A stretch of 64,000 bases of DNA from Desulfobacterales bacterium (GTDB lineage Bacteria > Desulfobacterota > Desulfobacteria > Desulfobacterales > UBA2174). Shown piece after piece: positions 37,824 to 48,180 of this stretch (its first letter is position 1; the number at the start of each line of letters is the position of its first letter). Made by a program: the position numbers and the translations under genes. The stretch is taken from contig CAXXWC010000019.1 of NCBI GenBank assembly GCA_963668645.2, forward strand, positions 224,001 to 288,000. The letters run 5' to 3'. The notes beneath the pieces were generated by a model that saw only the letters and a list, made by a program, of their open reading frames with translations, ran no database searches and was not told where the DNA came from.

Positions 37824-39386
37824 TCATGAAAACTCAGGCTCTAACTTGCACTCAACGAACCTGTTGCGCCCCTCTTCTTTCGCTCTGTATAAGGCTTCGT
37901 CAGCTTTTGCCAGGCAACGATCCAGTGATATGTCTTGATCCCAGGCATCTGCAACAACGATACCTATGCTGATCGTTACCGTGATTGTTTTATCCTGGTA
38001 GCGGATCTCAAGCGACTCGATACCTCTGTTAAGCCTTGCGGCTATGCTCGAAGCGGTCTGCCGATCTGTTTCAGGAAGGGCTGCGACGAATTCTTCCCCG
38101 CCGTATCTACCGAGAATATCCGTTGAACGAAGGTCGTCAGATAAAAATTTCGCCACGTTCTGGAGCACAATATCGCCGGCCTGATGGCCATGTTCATCAT
38201 TTATACGTTTAAAAAAATCAATATCCATCATGAGCAGTGCAAGAGGCCTTTGGCTCCTCTTTACCCTATCCAGTTCCTTTCCACAAAGCACCATGAAGTT
38301 CCGGCGATTATTTATTCCCGTCAATTCATCGATGGTCGCCATGGTATGCAACCGGCCAATCAGCATCTGTTCAGAAGTGACGTCGTGCAAAGTCAGCACA
38401 CTCCCTATCCTCTTTTCTGAAGCTATTAGTTTTGAAATCCCAACCCTGTAGTATTGCGTTGCGCCGGTGGCGCTACTAATTATGGGATCCGCATTGCTGA
38501 CATTATTCTTCAACAAATCGATCAATTCAGCATGATTATAGAAAATCTGGTCGATGGATAACCCGACCATTAATTTTGAACGATTTCCGAGAAGATCTAT
38601 AGCCGCCTTGTTATAGTCGACGAGCCGATTCCCGGTATCCAACACAAAAATAGGATCATTCATTTCATCAAAAACAGTACGCAATGCGATGGGAACCAGA
38701 TCGAACATTTTAAAACGAAATAGAGCCAAAATAAAAATCGGCCCCACAAGAGTTAAGAAAAAAGGGGTATGATCAATGCCATATATTGACGCCCCTATCA
38801 AATAGAGTATGTTAGCGGCCCATGGAATGACGGATGAAAAAAACATGAGAATAGCTTGCTTCCGCAGATATCCTGAAGAACGTGCTACTAGAATCAAAAA
38901 GAGGACGTTTCCGGCAAGTAACAGGGAATACGCATAAGTCACGTTCAACCAGTACCATGGACCCCGATCCAGCACAGAGATCGAAAACAGCTTTGTCTCG
39001 ATGACTCCTATGTTTTTAAAATAGATATGATGATATTCATTTGTAAAGACCAAAATTAATGTCGTGAAAGAAATAATGAAAAATACGGGATATAAAGATC
39101 TCAATATCTTCTTGCCAAGACCGGTATAGTCAGCAGCGAAGATAACCCAAAAAACCGGCAAAAACGATATACCGATGTATTGGATCTTTAGCGCATTAAA
39201 TATACCACCAACTGTTGATGATGAAAGTTCGATGGCATAACCGAAAGAATAAAAACTCACGGAAATCATAAGTAAAGCATAGCTCAAGAAACCCGGCTTC
39301 CTAACCTTAACAGCGACATATGAAGCCAAAACCAAAGTAAAAATCGCAGAAAAAATAAGCGACGATATGATCAGCAATGCTTCCAT
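37824..39386 (-). CDS. Diguanylate cyclase with HisKA_7TM-like membrane domain and PAS (low GC)
   Basis: 7 TM N-terminus; DELTGINNRR, DIDFFKRINDEHGHQAGD, RSTDILGRYGGEEF. Confidence 0.92.
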   Translation of the reverse strand: MEALLIISSLIFSAIFTLVLASYVAVKVRKPGFLSYALLMISVSFYSFGYAIELSSSTVGGIFNALKIQYIGISFLPVFWVIFAADYTGLGKKILRSLYPVFFIISFTTLILVFTNEYHHIYFKNIGVIETKLFSISVLDRGPWYWLNVTYAYSLLLAGNVLFLILVARSSGYLRKQAILMFFSSVIPWAANILYLIGASIYGIDHTPFFLTLVGPIFILALFRFKMFDLVPIALRTVFDEMNDPIFVLDTGNRLVDYNKAAIDLLGNRSKLMVGLSIDQIFYNHAELIDLLKNNVSNADPIISSATGATQYYRVGISKLIASEKRIGSVLTLHDVTSEQMLIGRLHTMATIDELTGINNRRNFMVLCGKELDRVKRSQRPLALLMMDIDFFKRINDEHGHQAGDIVLQNVAKFLSDDLRSTDILGRYGGEEFVAALPETDRQTASSIAARLNRGIESLEIRYQDKTITVTISIGIVVADAWDQDISLDRCLAKADEALYRAKEEGRNRFVECKLEPEFS

Positions 39387-39771
39387 TTGACTTTAGCATC
39401 AATTAACGTTTTGGGTTAGGTATCAGTTATGACAACACGGTTCTTTGATGGCCCAAGATACAAGGAAACGAAAAACCTTTTCCTTCATACAGCCTTATGG
39501 GCTCACCAAGCTTTGGACCTGTTCTAAAGCACACCGCAATCAGCCTCAGCAGTGGTGTCCGGAAGGTAATATTAAACATCATCTAAAACATTTTAGTCAA
39601 GCTCAAAAGAAACGTTTCCGCGTTCCGAGGCAACTCCAGATTGGCACGGGCACTCTCAGGGTGCGTAAAAGATGACCGGTTTCAAATCAGAACTCCTGTT
39701 TGACCCCGATAGTGCACAATTCTTCTTGCCTTCGGCCATCTTCTTGCCGATAGTACCCTGCACTAAATGCC

Positions 39772-40227
39772 TTGTCGGCCGCAATCCTCGCGCGCGTCTT
39801 TTGGGGCTGGCTCGGCAGCACCCTGCTTCAGGCACGCACCCTGCTTGCGCTGCTCGCTTGGGGAATGGGTGTGGCGGCGGTCATCACCGGGCTCTACGAC
39901 CCGAGCTGGTCGGTGCCGATGATCGCCATCGTGGCCGTCTGCTACTGCATTTCGGCCATCGGATGGCACGGACTGCTGCTGTCCGAGGTGGCCCGCCTGG
40001 CGCCGGCGGGCAACATCGGCGGCACCACCGGCGCGGTGCTGGCCTTCGGCGGATCGGGCATGATGTCCTACCCGATGATCTGCGCGCTGATCATGGGCGC
40101 CACCGGCGACTTTCGCATCGGCTTTTTTTTGGGTTCCGTTCCGGCCTTTTTCATGGGCCTGCACCTGCTGAGCCGGCCAACCGGACGCCCGGCACGCTCA
40201 ACCCTGGCCAAAGGGGGCAGGTCCTGA
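39772..40227 (+). pseudogene. C-terminal fragment of an MFS transporter
   Basis: About 4 TM; IGWHGLLLSEVARLAPAG..G motif; N-terminal part missing; GC shift at the 5' edge. Confidence 0.7.
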
Positions 40228-40322
40228 ATCGAATCCCAGCCCGTCAACGGCCCCTGGAATGAGGCTTCAGCCAGGCAGCAGGGAAAACCCTGACTTTTTG
40301 AAACCGACTACAACAGGTAAGG

Positions 40323-40982
40323 ATGATTGTGATGAATGTTATGGCATTTAACGGCAGCCCGAGAAAAAAGGGCTGGAACACGGTCACGTTGCTCAACAAG
40401 GCATTGGAAGGGGCCGCCTCGGCCGGTGCGCATACCGAGCTGGTTCAGCTCTACGATCTGAATTTTTCCGGCTGCATCAGCTGCTTTTCATGCAAGAGGC
40501 TCGATCGCAAAAAGGACGGGGTATGTGCGATTCAGGACGATCTGACCGCCGTGCTCGACCGGGTCCGGCACGCCGATGCCCTGATCATCGGCACACCCGT
40601 CTATTACGGCGCAGAATCGGCTTCCACCCGGGCCTTGATCGAGCGTCTTTGCTTCCCTTACAACAAATATTCCAAAAACCCGGAGTCTCTTTTCCCGAGA
40701 CGCGTCCAAACGGCTTTGTTCTATACGATGAACGTAAAAGGCGAGGGCGTCCTTGCAAGGGGCTATGACCACCATTTCAGTTTGACCAGGTCGGCTCTTG
40801 AAAATCATTTCGGCCCATGCGAGCTGCTGTTGTCCACTGATACGCTGCAATTTAGCGCTTACAGCCGCTACGAATCGGAACGGTTTGACGTAGATGCGAA
40901 AATCAAACGCCACGCCGAAGTCTTCCCGGCGGAGTGCATACGGGCGTTTGAGGTGGGTGTCCGTATGGCATCTTCCGTGTAA
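40323..40982 (+). CDS. Flavodoxin-fold iron-sulfur flavoprotein / NADPH-dependent FMN reductase family
   Basis: NGSPRKKGWNT, GCISCFSC, C.IQDD, GTPVYYG. Confidence 0.88.
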   Translation: MIVMNVMAFNGSPRKKGWNTVTLLNKALEGAASAGAHTELVQLYDLNFSGCISCFSCKRLDRKKDGVCAIQDDLTAVLDRVRHADALIIGTPVYYGAESASTRALIERLCFPYNKYSKNPESLFPRRVQTALFYTMNVKGEGVLARGYDHHFSLTRSALENHFGPCELLLSTDTLQFSAYSRYESERFDVDAKIKRHAEVFPAECIRAFEVGVRMASSV

Positions 40983-41165
40983 CCTGTCAAAGTAAAGTGC
41001 AATGCTGTTTTTCCGCTTCTCGGGCTGGGTGGGCATCCGACCCGCACGCTGCTCGCCCTGCTCGCTTTCGGAATGGCCCTGGTGGAAGACGACCGATGCC
41101 CACAACCCAACGTCCGCCGGCCGGATTCGGACTTTGACGGGGCCCCGGCACCCTGCGGTTGCGTT

Positions 41166-41264
41166 CTTGCCGTCGCCTAAAGCTTATGCTACTGATTACA
41201 AACAGTAACATGGTTCATACATAGGGGACTTGCACCCCGTAAGTTCACCCCGTGCCGGGCGTTC
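41166..41264 (-). mobile_element. 5' end (domain I) of a group IIC intron, truncated
   Basis: Minus strand TTGT|GAACGCCCGGCACGGGGTGAACTTACGGGGTGCAAGTCCCCT...AGCATAAGC..AGGCGACGGCAAG resembles the IIC 5' consensus. Confidence 0.75.
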
Positions 41265-41318
41265 ACAATTCGTTGTCCTGGAACGCAAAAAGCCCCGCCC
41301 CGTGAAAAGTATTAACCT
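41265..41318 (+). mobile_element. Degenerate attC remainder interrupted by the intron
   Basis: ACAATTCGTTG...ACGCAAAAAGC..CGCC..GTGA...ATTAACC followed by RBS and a low-GC gene. Confidence 0.4.
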
Positions 41319-41341
41319 CTGTTGGTTAAGGAGGATGGGCA

Positions 41342-41836
41342 ATGAAGCTAAAAGCAATAGTTCTTCTCTTTTTGTTTATTGCGCCTATAGGATGCGCATC
41401 TGTAAAAAAAGAGCTTCCTGCGGAATTAATGTATCATCCTCCGGTTGCATCAAATGATACAGCCACGATTGTTGGATCAAACAAAGAGGAATGGATGTTT
41501 GAAGAAGTCGTATATGTAATGGATATCAACGGCAAAAGACTCGCCGGTGACAAAAAACACTGGGACGATCCGGTTGTGATAGATGAAGGCAAGACTGTTG
41601 TAACGGCCGCCTTCGATGGGAAGGGGATTCCCGTAACCGCAAAAGTTGAGTTTGAAGCCGTTGCCGGGCACTCATATCAAATACAATTTCTGTCTGATAT
41701 CGAAGAGGATTGCTGCGATTTCTGGATAATTGATATGGCTTCAGAGAAAGCTGTAAGCACAATCGGGCGAGGTTACGCGCCAAAAAAAGAAACCATATAT
41801 GTCCCGCTCCCGGTCTATTGGCCTCGTGTATATTGA
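41342..41836 (+). CDS. Putative lipoprotein (low GC, cassette-like)
   Basis: Signal peptide with IGC lipobox; RBS aggagg. Confidence 0.75.
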   Translation: MKLKAIVLLFLFIAPIGCASVKKELPAELMYHPPVASNDTATIVGSNKEEWMFEEVVYVMDINGKRLAGDKKHWDDPVVIDEGKTVVTAAFDGKGIPVTAKVEFEAVAGHSYQIQFLSDIEEDCCDFWIIDMASEKAVSTIGRGYAPKKETIYVPLPVYWPRVY

Positions 41837-42736
41837 CTACATCAGCCACGCCGCTAAAACCGTCGGCTGCACGGAATCCACGGCCATCATGACGCTCAGC
41901 GCGGTGATGCCCACCAGGGAAAAAACGAAGATCCGCCGGGCCCAGCGCGAATCATCGGATGCCGCCGGCCCGGCCCAGGCCAGTGCCAGCCAGGCCAGAC
42001 CGACCATGGAGGCGACGGCCAGGTAGCGGATGCCGGTGTAACCGCAGACGGTCAGCAGCGGCGCGGCCAGCGCGAAGGCCAGGATGAAGCCGATGATATG
42101 CTTTCTGGCGGCCGCCGTGCCATGGCGGACCGGCAGCAGCGGGATGGCGGCGGCGGTGTAATCTCGCAGCCGGAATACGGCGATGGCGTAAGTGTGCGGG
42201 ATCTGCCAGAGGCTGAAAATCGCCAGCAGGATCAAGGCCCCGGCATCCAAGTGGGGGCTCACGGCGCAATAGCCGGCCAGAGGCGGGGCCGCGCCGGCCA
42301 GGCTGCCGACCAGCGTGCTGTATACGGATATGCGCTTCAACAACAGGGTATAAAAGATCACATAGTCCGCAAAACCGGCCAGGACAATGGCCAGGCTCAA
42401 CGGGTTGGCAAAGGCCCAGAGCACGGCCGTGCCGCCAAGGCCCAGGATGGCTGCGTAAACGAGGGCCGACCCGGGCCCCACCTTACCGCTGGCCAGGGGC
42501 CGGTTTCGGGTACGCGCCATCTTGCGGTCGATTTTCCGGTCGATGCAGTTGTTGCACACGCACGCGGCCGCCATCACCATGCCGATGCCTGCCAGGATCG
42601 ACAGCAGGTGCGGCCCGTCCGGATTGCCCCTTGCGGCCAGCAAATAGCCACCGGCCGCCGCCACCAGGTTGCCCGCCACCATCGCCGGCTTGGTCAGCTG
42701 CAGGTATCTTTTCACCAGGGCGCCGAGCATGTTCAC
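41837..42736 (-). CDS. cyoE: Protoheme IX farnesyltransferase (heme o synthase)
   Basis: LTKP, NNCIDRKIDRKMARTRNRPL, GAAPP, WQIPH. Confidence 0.93.
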   Translation of the reverse strand: MNMLGALVKRYLQLTKPAMVAGNLVAAAGGYLLAARGNPDGPHLLSILAGIGMVMAAACVCNNCIDRKIDRKMARTRNRPLASGKVGPGSALVYAAILGLGGTAVLWAFANPLSLAIVLAGFADYVIFYTLLLKRISVYSTLVGSLAGAAPPLAGYCAVSPHLDAGALILLAIFSLWQIPHTYAIAVFRLRDYTAAAIPLLPVRHGTAAARKHIIGFILAFALAAPLLTVCGYTGIRYLAVASMVGLAWLALAWAGPAASDDSRWARRIFVFSLVGITALSVMMAVDSVQPTVLAAWLM

Positions 42737-43062
42737 ATCATGCGAAAATTAAGATCGGTCATGATCCACAACGTGCCGCCGACGAAAAGGGCCATGATCA
42801 GCACGGTGAAGATCAGGGCCATGCGGTTCCAGTACGCCGCCGAACTGCGGTCCAAATGCAGAAAATAGTGCAGGTGCACGAGAATCTGCACCACGGCGGC
42901 ACCCGTTATCCCCGATGTAACCAGGGCCCGGGGCAGCCCCCGGCCGTTGATGGCAAGGGCAAAGGCCACCGCGGTGAGCACGATGGATAGCACAAATCCG
43001 ACGGCGTATGACTTGAAGCTGCCGGTTGCCGCACCGGCCCGCTGCACTGGCGTCCGATCCAT
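42733..43062 (-). CDS. cyoD: Cytochrome bo3 quinol oxidase subunit IV
   Basis: SYAVGFVLSIVLT, AVVQILVHLHYFLHLD, GTLWIM. Confidence 0.92.
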   Translation of the reverse strand: MDRTPVQRAGAATGSFKSYAVGFVLSIVLTAVAFALAINGRGLPRALVTSGITGAAVVQILVHLHYFLHLDRSSAAYWNRMALIFTVLIMALFVGGTLWIMTDLNFRMM

Positions 43063-43674
43063 CTAGATTACCCCCATCAGATAAACCATGGTAAACACCC
43101 CGACCCACACGATATCGAGAAAGTGCCAGAAGATGCTCAGCCGTAGCAGCCGGGACTGCACCGGCACCGTGAGCCCCTTGGTCAGAAGCTGGCCCATCAT
43201 CACGGCGATCCAGAGCAGGCCGCAGGCCACGTGACTGCCGTGGGTGCCGACCAGAGCGAAAAAAGACGAAAGAAAGGCGCTGCGCGACGGTCCGCTGCCC
43301 GCCAGGATCATGTGGCGAAATTCGTAGATCTCCATGCCGATAAAGCCGAGACCGAGCAGGAAGGTCACCCCCAGCCAGGCGACGACCCGCTCCCTGCGGT
43401 TGGCGTGCATGGCCAGCATGGCCATGCCGTAGGTCGCACTGCTGAACAGCAGCAGCAACGTCTCGGCAAAGGCGTAGGGCAGGTCGAACAACTCTTTGCC
43501 GGTCGGTCCGCCGGCATAGTTGCTCCCCAGCACGGCATAGGTCGCAAAGACCGCCGCGAACAGGACCAGGTCGCTCATGATGTAGAGCCAGAAGCCCAGG
43601 ACTTGGTTGGCGACGGTGTCCGGGTGGCCGGATGGGCCATCGGCAACGGCATCGATCGTCGAGGAGGTCGTCAT
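43063..43674 (-). CDS. cyoC: Cytochrome bo3 quinol oxidase subunit III
   Basis: GFWLYIMSD, ETLLLLFSS, LVGTHGSHV, FWHFLD. Confidence 0.93.
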   Translation of the reverse strand: MTTSSTIDAVADGPSGHPDTVANQVLGFWLYIMSDLVLFAAVFATYAVLGSNYAGGPTGKELFDLPYAFAETLLLLFSSATYGMAMLAMHANRRERVVAWLGVTFLLGLGFIGMEIYEFRHMILAGSGPSRSAFLSSFFALVGTHGSHVACGLLWIAVMMGQLLTKGLTVPVQSRLLRLSIFWHFLDIVWVGVFTMVYLMGVI

Positions 43675-43699
43675 GATTCACACCGGTTGAAGGTTGACA

Positions 43700-45676
43700 T
43701 TACACGGCAGCGGCAATCGGCCGCTCGCCCAAGGCCTCGATGCGGGCCACCTCGGCCGCCGGTATGGCATATTCCGTATCCTCGTCGGCGGCACGCAGGA
43801 TCAGCGCGATGACCATCCCTGCGGCGCAGGCGGCGGCCAGCCACCAGATCTGCCAGACCATTGCAAAGCCGAACAGGCCCGCCAGGCCCCCGTTGACCAA
43901 TCCCGAGGCCGTGTTCTTGGGCATGTGAATCTCCTCATAGCGCTCGGGCCGCTGGCGGGCGAGGCCCTTTTCCTTCATGTCCGCAAACGCGTCGATGGCG
44001 TGCACCACCGGGATGGCGGCGAAGTTGTACACCGGCGGGGGCGAGGCCACGGCCCATTCCAGGGTCCGGCCGCCCCAGGGATCTCCGGTCAGGTCGCGGG
44101 TGGCGTGCCGGTCGCGGATGCTCACGATGAGCTGGATGATCTGGCAGCCGATCCCGAGCATGATCACCGCCGCACCGGCGGCGGCCACGATCAGGTAGGG
44201 ATGCCAGGCCGTGTTGGCGTAATGCCACATGCGCCGCGGCATACCCATCAGCCCCAGGGCATAGAGGGGGAAAAAGGCCAGGTAGAAGCCGACGAACCAG
44301 GACCAGAAGGCCCGCTTGCCCCATTTTTCGTCCAAGGGAAACCCGATGGCCTTGGGAAACCAGTAGGCAAATCCGGCATAGTAGCCGAAAAGCGCACCGG
44401 GAATCAGCATGTTGTGAAAGTGGGCCACCAGAAAGAGGCTGTTGTGGAGCACGAAATCGGCCGGCGGTGCGGCCAGCAGGACCCCGGTCATCCCGCCGAG
44501 CACGAAGGTGGTGATAAAGCCCAGAGTCCAGTACATGGGCGTGGCCAAGCGGATGCGGCCCCTGTAAAGGGTGAAGAGCCAGTTGAAGACCTTCACCCCG
44601 GTGGGCACCGCGATGATCATGGTGGTGATGCCGAAGAAGATATTGACGTTGGGGCTGGCGCCCATGGTGAAAAAATGGTGCACCCAGACGGAAAAGGAAA
44701 GGACCATGATGGCCGCGGTGGCATAGACCAGGGACGTATAGCCGAAAAGCCGCTTGCGCGCGAAGGTGGCCACCACCTCCGAAAAGATGCCGAAAGCCGG
44801 CAGGATCACGATGTAGACTTCCGGGTGGCCCCAGATCCAGAACAGGTTGGCGTACATCATCATGTTGCCGCCCATGGTGTTGCCGAAAAAGTGCATCCCC
44901 AGGTAGCGATCCAGGCTCAGCAGGCTCAGGGTGGCCGTCAGCACCGGAAAGGAGAGCAGCATGAGCACCGTGGTGCACAGGGCGGTCCAGACGAAGATCG
45001 GCATGCGCATCAGCGTCATGCCCGGAGCACGCATCTTGAGGATGGTCACCAGGAAGTTGATACTGGTTAAAAGTGAACCGATCCCGGCGATCTGGATCGA
45101 CCAGATCCAGTAATCCACGCCGGTGCCCGGGCTGTACTGCAGCTGGGTCAGCGGGGAGTATCCCGACCAACCGGCCCGGGAAAACTCCCCCACCCCCAGG
45201 GAGATCATCACCAGCCCGGCACCGGCGGCGGTCAGCCAGAGGCTGACGGCGTTCAGGTAAGGATAGGCCACGTCCCGTGCCCCGATCTGCAGCGGCACCA
45301 CGATGTTCATCAGCCCGGTAAGAAACGGCATGGCCACGAAGATGATCATGATCGTGCCGTGGGCGCTGAAGACCTGGTCGAAGTGGTCGGGCGGCAAGAA
45401 TCCGTGGGACAGGCCTGCGGCGATGGCTTGCTGGGCGCGCATCATGACAGCATCGGCCATGCCGCGCAGCAGCATGACCAGCGCCAGAATGATGTACATG
45501 ATGCCGATCCGCTTGTGGTCGACGCTGGTCAGCCACCCGGTCCACAGCGGTTTCCAGAGACGAAAGTAGGTGATCAGGGCAAAAATCCCCATGCCCGCCA
45601 GGATCGATCCGGCCACGGCCCCCATGACAATGGGGTCGTGATAGGGGATCGCCGCGAGGCTCAAGCGTCCGAACAT
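43700..45676 (-). CDS. cyoB: Cytochrome bo3 quinol oxidase subunit I
   Basis: [46 protein letters not shown]. Confidence 0.95.
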   Translation of the reverse strand: MFGRLSLAAIPYHDPIVMGAVAGSILAGMGIFALITYFRLWKPLWTGWLTSVDHKRIGIMYIILALVMLLRGMADAVMMRAQQAIAAGLSHGFLPPDHFDQVFSAHGTIMIIFVAMPFLTGLMNIVVPLQIGARDVAYPYLNAVSLWLTAAGAGLVMISLGVGEFSRAGWSGYSPLTQLQYSPGTGVDYWIWSIQIAGIGSLLTSINFLVTILKMRAPGMTLMRMPIFVWTALCTTVLMLLSFPVLTATLSLLSLDRYLGMHFFGNTMGGNMMMYANLFWIWGHPEVYIVILPAFGIFSEVVATFARKRLFGYTSLVYATAAIMVLSFSVWVHHFFTMGASPNVNIFFGITTMIIAVPTGVKVFNWLFTLYRGRIRLATPMYWTLGFITTFVLGGMTGVLLAAPPADFVLHNSLFLVAHFHNMLIPGALFGYYAGFAYWFPKAIGFPLDEKWGKRAFWSWFVGFYLAFFPLYALGLMGMPRRMWHYANTAWHPYLIVAAAGAAVIMLGIGCQIIQLIVSIRDRHATRDLTGDPWGGRTLEWAVASPPPVYNFAAIPVVHAIDAFADMKEKGLARQRPERYEEIHMPKNTASGLVNGGLAGLFGFAMVWQIWWLAAACAAGMVIALILRAADEDTEYAIPAAEVARIEALGERPIAAAV

Positions 45677-45677
45677 G

Positions 45678-46616
45678 TCAGTTCCCCTCCGCTGCACCGT
45701 GATGCATGTGCCCGGCACCGGGCGCCGGATCTCCGGCCTTGGCGTTCATGTCCATGGGTTTCATCTCCATGGACATGCCGTATTTTTGCAGGATGTGGTC
45801 GAACAGACCGGGTTGCACCGATGAAAAATAGCGCACCGGGTCGGCCAGGCTGGGCGTTTCCAGCGCGTCCAGGCGCTGCATGTCCAGCTTTTCAGGCGAT
45901 TGGCTGACCCTGTCGGTCCAGGCCGAAAAGTCCTTCGCCGACATGGCGATGGCCTCGAAATTCATCTCGGTGTAGCCGCGGCCGCTGTACTGCTGGTTCT
46001 GCCCGAGATAGGTGCCCGGCTCGTCGGCCAGCAGGTGCAAGCGGGTCTGCATCCCGCCCATGGCATAGATCTGGCTGCCGAGCTGGGGAATGAAAAAGGA
46101 GGTCATCACCGAGGCCGAGGTGATCCGGAAGTTCAGCGGCACGCGGGCCGGAAAGACGAGTTCGTTCACGCTGGCGACACCGAGGTCCGGGTAGATGAAA
46201 AGCCATTTCCAATCCAGGGAAATCACCTCGATGCGAATGGGCGCGACCCCGGTTTCGATGGGTTTGTACGGGTCGAGGCGGTGGGTGGTCTGCCAGATCA
46301 GGATGCTTAAGATCGTCACGATGACGGCCGGCACCGTCCAGACGATCCATTCGATGGTTTTCGAATGGCTCCACTTGGGGGCGTAGACCGCCTTGGTGTT
46401 GGTTTCCCGGTATTTCCAGGGAAACCAGAGCGCCATGACGATCACCGGCACGATCACGAGCAGCATGAGCCCGAAGGCGGTCAGAATGACATAGCGCTCG
46501 GTCTGGCCGATGGGGCCTTTGGGATCGAGCAGAATCATCTGGTCGCATCCGCCGAACAAAACCACAGCCAGACAGACCGGTGCCAGCATCGAGACCAACT
46601 GTCCGATTCTTTTCAT
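45678..46616 (-). CDS. cyoA: Cytochrome bo3 quinol oxidase subunit II
   Basis: Lipobox [41 protein letters not shown]; no CuA Cys motif. Confidence 0.93.
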   Translation of the reverse strand: MKRIGQLVSMLAPVCLAVVLFGGCDQMILLDPKGPIGQTERYVILTAFGLMLLVIVPVIVMALWFPWKYRETNTKAVYAPKWSHSKTIEWIVWTVPAVIVTILSILIWQTTHRLDPYKPIETGVAPIRIEVISLDWKWLFIYPDLGVASVNELVFPARVPLNFRITSASVMTSFFIPQLGSQIYAMGGMQTRLHLLADEPGTYLGQNQQYSGRGYTEMNFEAIAMSAKDFSAWTDRVSQSPEKLDMQRLDALETPSLADPVRYFSSVQPGLFDHILQKYGMSMEMKPMDMNAKAGDPAPGAGHMHHGAAEGN

Positions 46617-46673
46617 CTATGACCACCAAACAAAGCTAGGGGTGGAATCCTTCTTCGAAACGCAATGCCGCTC

Positions 46674-46702
46674 ATGCTAACGATTATCGCTGCCGAATTC
46701 AA
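46674..46702 (-). promoter_or_regulatory. Putative sigma-70 promoter of the cyo operon
   Basis: TTGAAT-N17-TAGCAT on the minus strand. Confidence 0.4.
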
Positions 46703-46731
46703 GGTCGAGGGGACCGCCGGCAAATCCAAGC

Positions 46732-47889
46732 TTACGGGCGCGGCTGCATGGCAAGACACCGCCGCCATTCTTGCAGCCGCAGGCGGCAGATCTCAGGATT
46801 GATCAGTGCCACGGCCCTGGCGAACCATTCCCGGGCTGCCTGGGGCCGGTGGGCGGCCAGATGGGCCGCCCCGAGAAAGTACGGGGCGATATAGTCGCGC
46901 GGATCGGCCGCGGCCACCGCCTCGAAAAGGCGGATGGCGATCTGCCACCGTTGCTGGTGAAAGCGGACCAGGGCCAGGATGGTCAGCCGCTGGATCTCGG
47001 CATCCACCTTGCGGCCCATTCCCGGCTCGTCTTGCCGGGCCGCCAGGTCTTCCAGGCCCTGGATATCCGTTTCGCTTCCCAGATCTTCGAGAATCGGTCC
47101 ATAGCGGCCCTGATAGAGGCAGAGATCCAGGTACTGGTCCGACAAGTCCTCATCCCCACCCGAACGTTCGATGGCCTTTTCGAGACGGTGGAGGGCCCCT
47201 TGCCCGTCCCCGGCCTTCAAGCACTGCCCGATCTCTTGGCGCAGGGCCCGGGTCTCGCGGCGCGCCGCACTGAAATTGTTCAACCGCTCGCCGAATGCCT
47301 TCAAAGCGCGCCACCAGCGCTGGTAGAAGGGCGAAGGACCATCGGGCGGCGAGTCCAGGTAGCTCGCGGCGATCATCTGAAGCGCCAGGCTGCGCCCGTG
47401 AGGGGCAAAGGTGCCCAGGGCGGTTTCGCAAAGCACGAGCCAGCGGGCCTGAAAGGCGGAGCTGGTGTTGACCAGAAGCCGGTCCAGGGCGTCCAGGCCA
47501 GCCGCTTCGGGTCCGGGCAGGCTGCAGTGGATGCGCACCAGCAGCCGGTAGCCCGCTGCCAGCCGATTGTCCGGGGACAGCCGGATCGCTTCTTCGAAAG
47601 ATCGGGCCGCCGCCTCGTCATTGCCGGCATCATAGGCCAGCCGCCCCTGGATAAGCCGGTAGGCGGCCCGCCTCGGGGCCAGGGCTACGGCCCGGCCGGC
47701 CCAGTCGAGAGCTTCGCCGTGGTCGCCCCCCTCGCCGAGAACCACCGCCTTGTAGAGGATGGCCGGCACAAAGTCGGCCCGCAGGGTCAGGGCCCGTTCA
47801 AAGGCGTCCCGGGCTTGGTTCAAGCGTCCGGCCTGGATCGCGCGTTGCCCTCGGCGCAGCAACATTTCGGCATGCAGGGTGTCCAACAT
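46732..47889 (-). CDS. Tetratricopeptide-repeat protein
   Basis: Several TPR-like helical repeats (A...FE.A..L.P). Confidence 0.75.
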   Translation of the reverse strand: MLDTLHAEMLLRRGQRAIQAGRLNQARDAFERALTLRADFVPAILYKAVVLGEGGDHGEALDWAGRAVALAPRRAAYRLIQGRLAYDAGNDEAAARSFEEAIRLSPDNRLAAGYRLLVRIHCSLPGPEAAGLDALDRLLVNTSSAFQARWLVLCETALGTFAPHGRSLALQMIAASYLDSPPDGPSPFYQRWWRALKAFGERLNNFSAARRETRALRQEIGQCLKAGDGQGALHRLEKAIERSGGDEDLSDQYLDLCLYQGRYGPILEDLGSETDIQGLEDLAARQDEPGMGRKVDAEIQRLTILALVRFHQQRWQIAIRLFEAVAAADPRDYIAPYFLGAAHLAAHRPQAAREWFARAVALINPEICRLRLQEWRRCLAMQPRP

Positions 47890-47935
47890 GGCTTGTAGGT
47901 AAACGGCAGCCCAGGTCTTTGTCAATCGGATCCAT

Positions 47936-47970
47936 AAAAAAAGGGGCGGCGAGTAACCTCGCCGCCCCCT
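47936..47970 (-). terminator. Intrinsic terminator downstream of tRNA
   Basis: Hairpin ggggcggcgag-taac-ctcgccgcccc followed by a T-run on the minus strand. Confidence 0.85.
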
Positions 47971-47979
47971 GAGTTTTTT

Positions 47980-48053
47980 TGGCTGAGGGACTAGGATTCG
48001 AACCTAGGTTAACGGGGCCAGAACCCGTCGTCCTGCCGCTAGACGATCCCTCA
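47980..48053 (-). tRNA. tRNA-Gln (CTG)
   Basis: Cloverleaf; anticodon arm acggg-ttCTGgc-cccgt; GGTTCGAATCC; encoded CCA. Confidence 0.97.
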
Positions 48054-48066
48054 ACAACGACCGCAG

Positions 48067-48095
48067 AATATAATCGAACCGACCGCGGCCGTCAA
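48067..48095 (-). promoter_or_regulatory. Sigma-70 promoter of tRNA-Gln
   Basis: TTGACG-N17-TATATT. Confidence 0.7.
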
Positions 48096-48180
48096 CCCCC
48101 GTTTTTATCAGAACCAGGGGCATCCCTTCTTTTTGAAGCCGTACCGAGCCTTCCTCCGGCCGTGCGACCCGGCCTGGTGC

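Noticed and set aside
39445..39770. Short ORFs between the diguanylate cyclase and the MFS fragment
   Set aside because: No recognisable motifs or RBS; likely junction debris
47980..48053. tRNA-Gln as integration site of a genomic island covering the accessory region
   Set aside because: No integrase and no duplicated tRNA 3' end found in the window; cannot be excluded beyond the window
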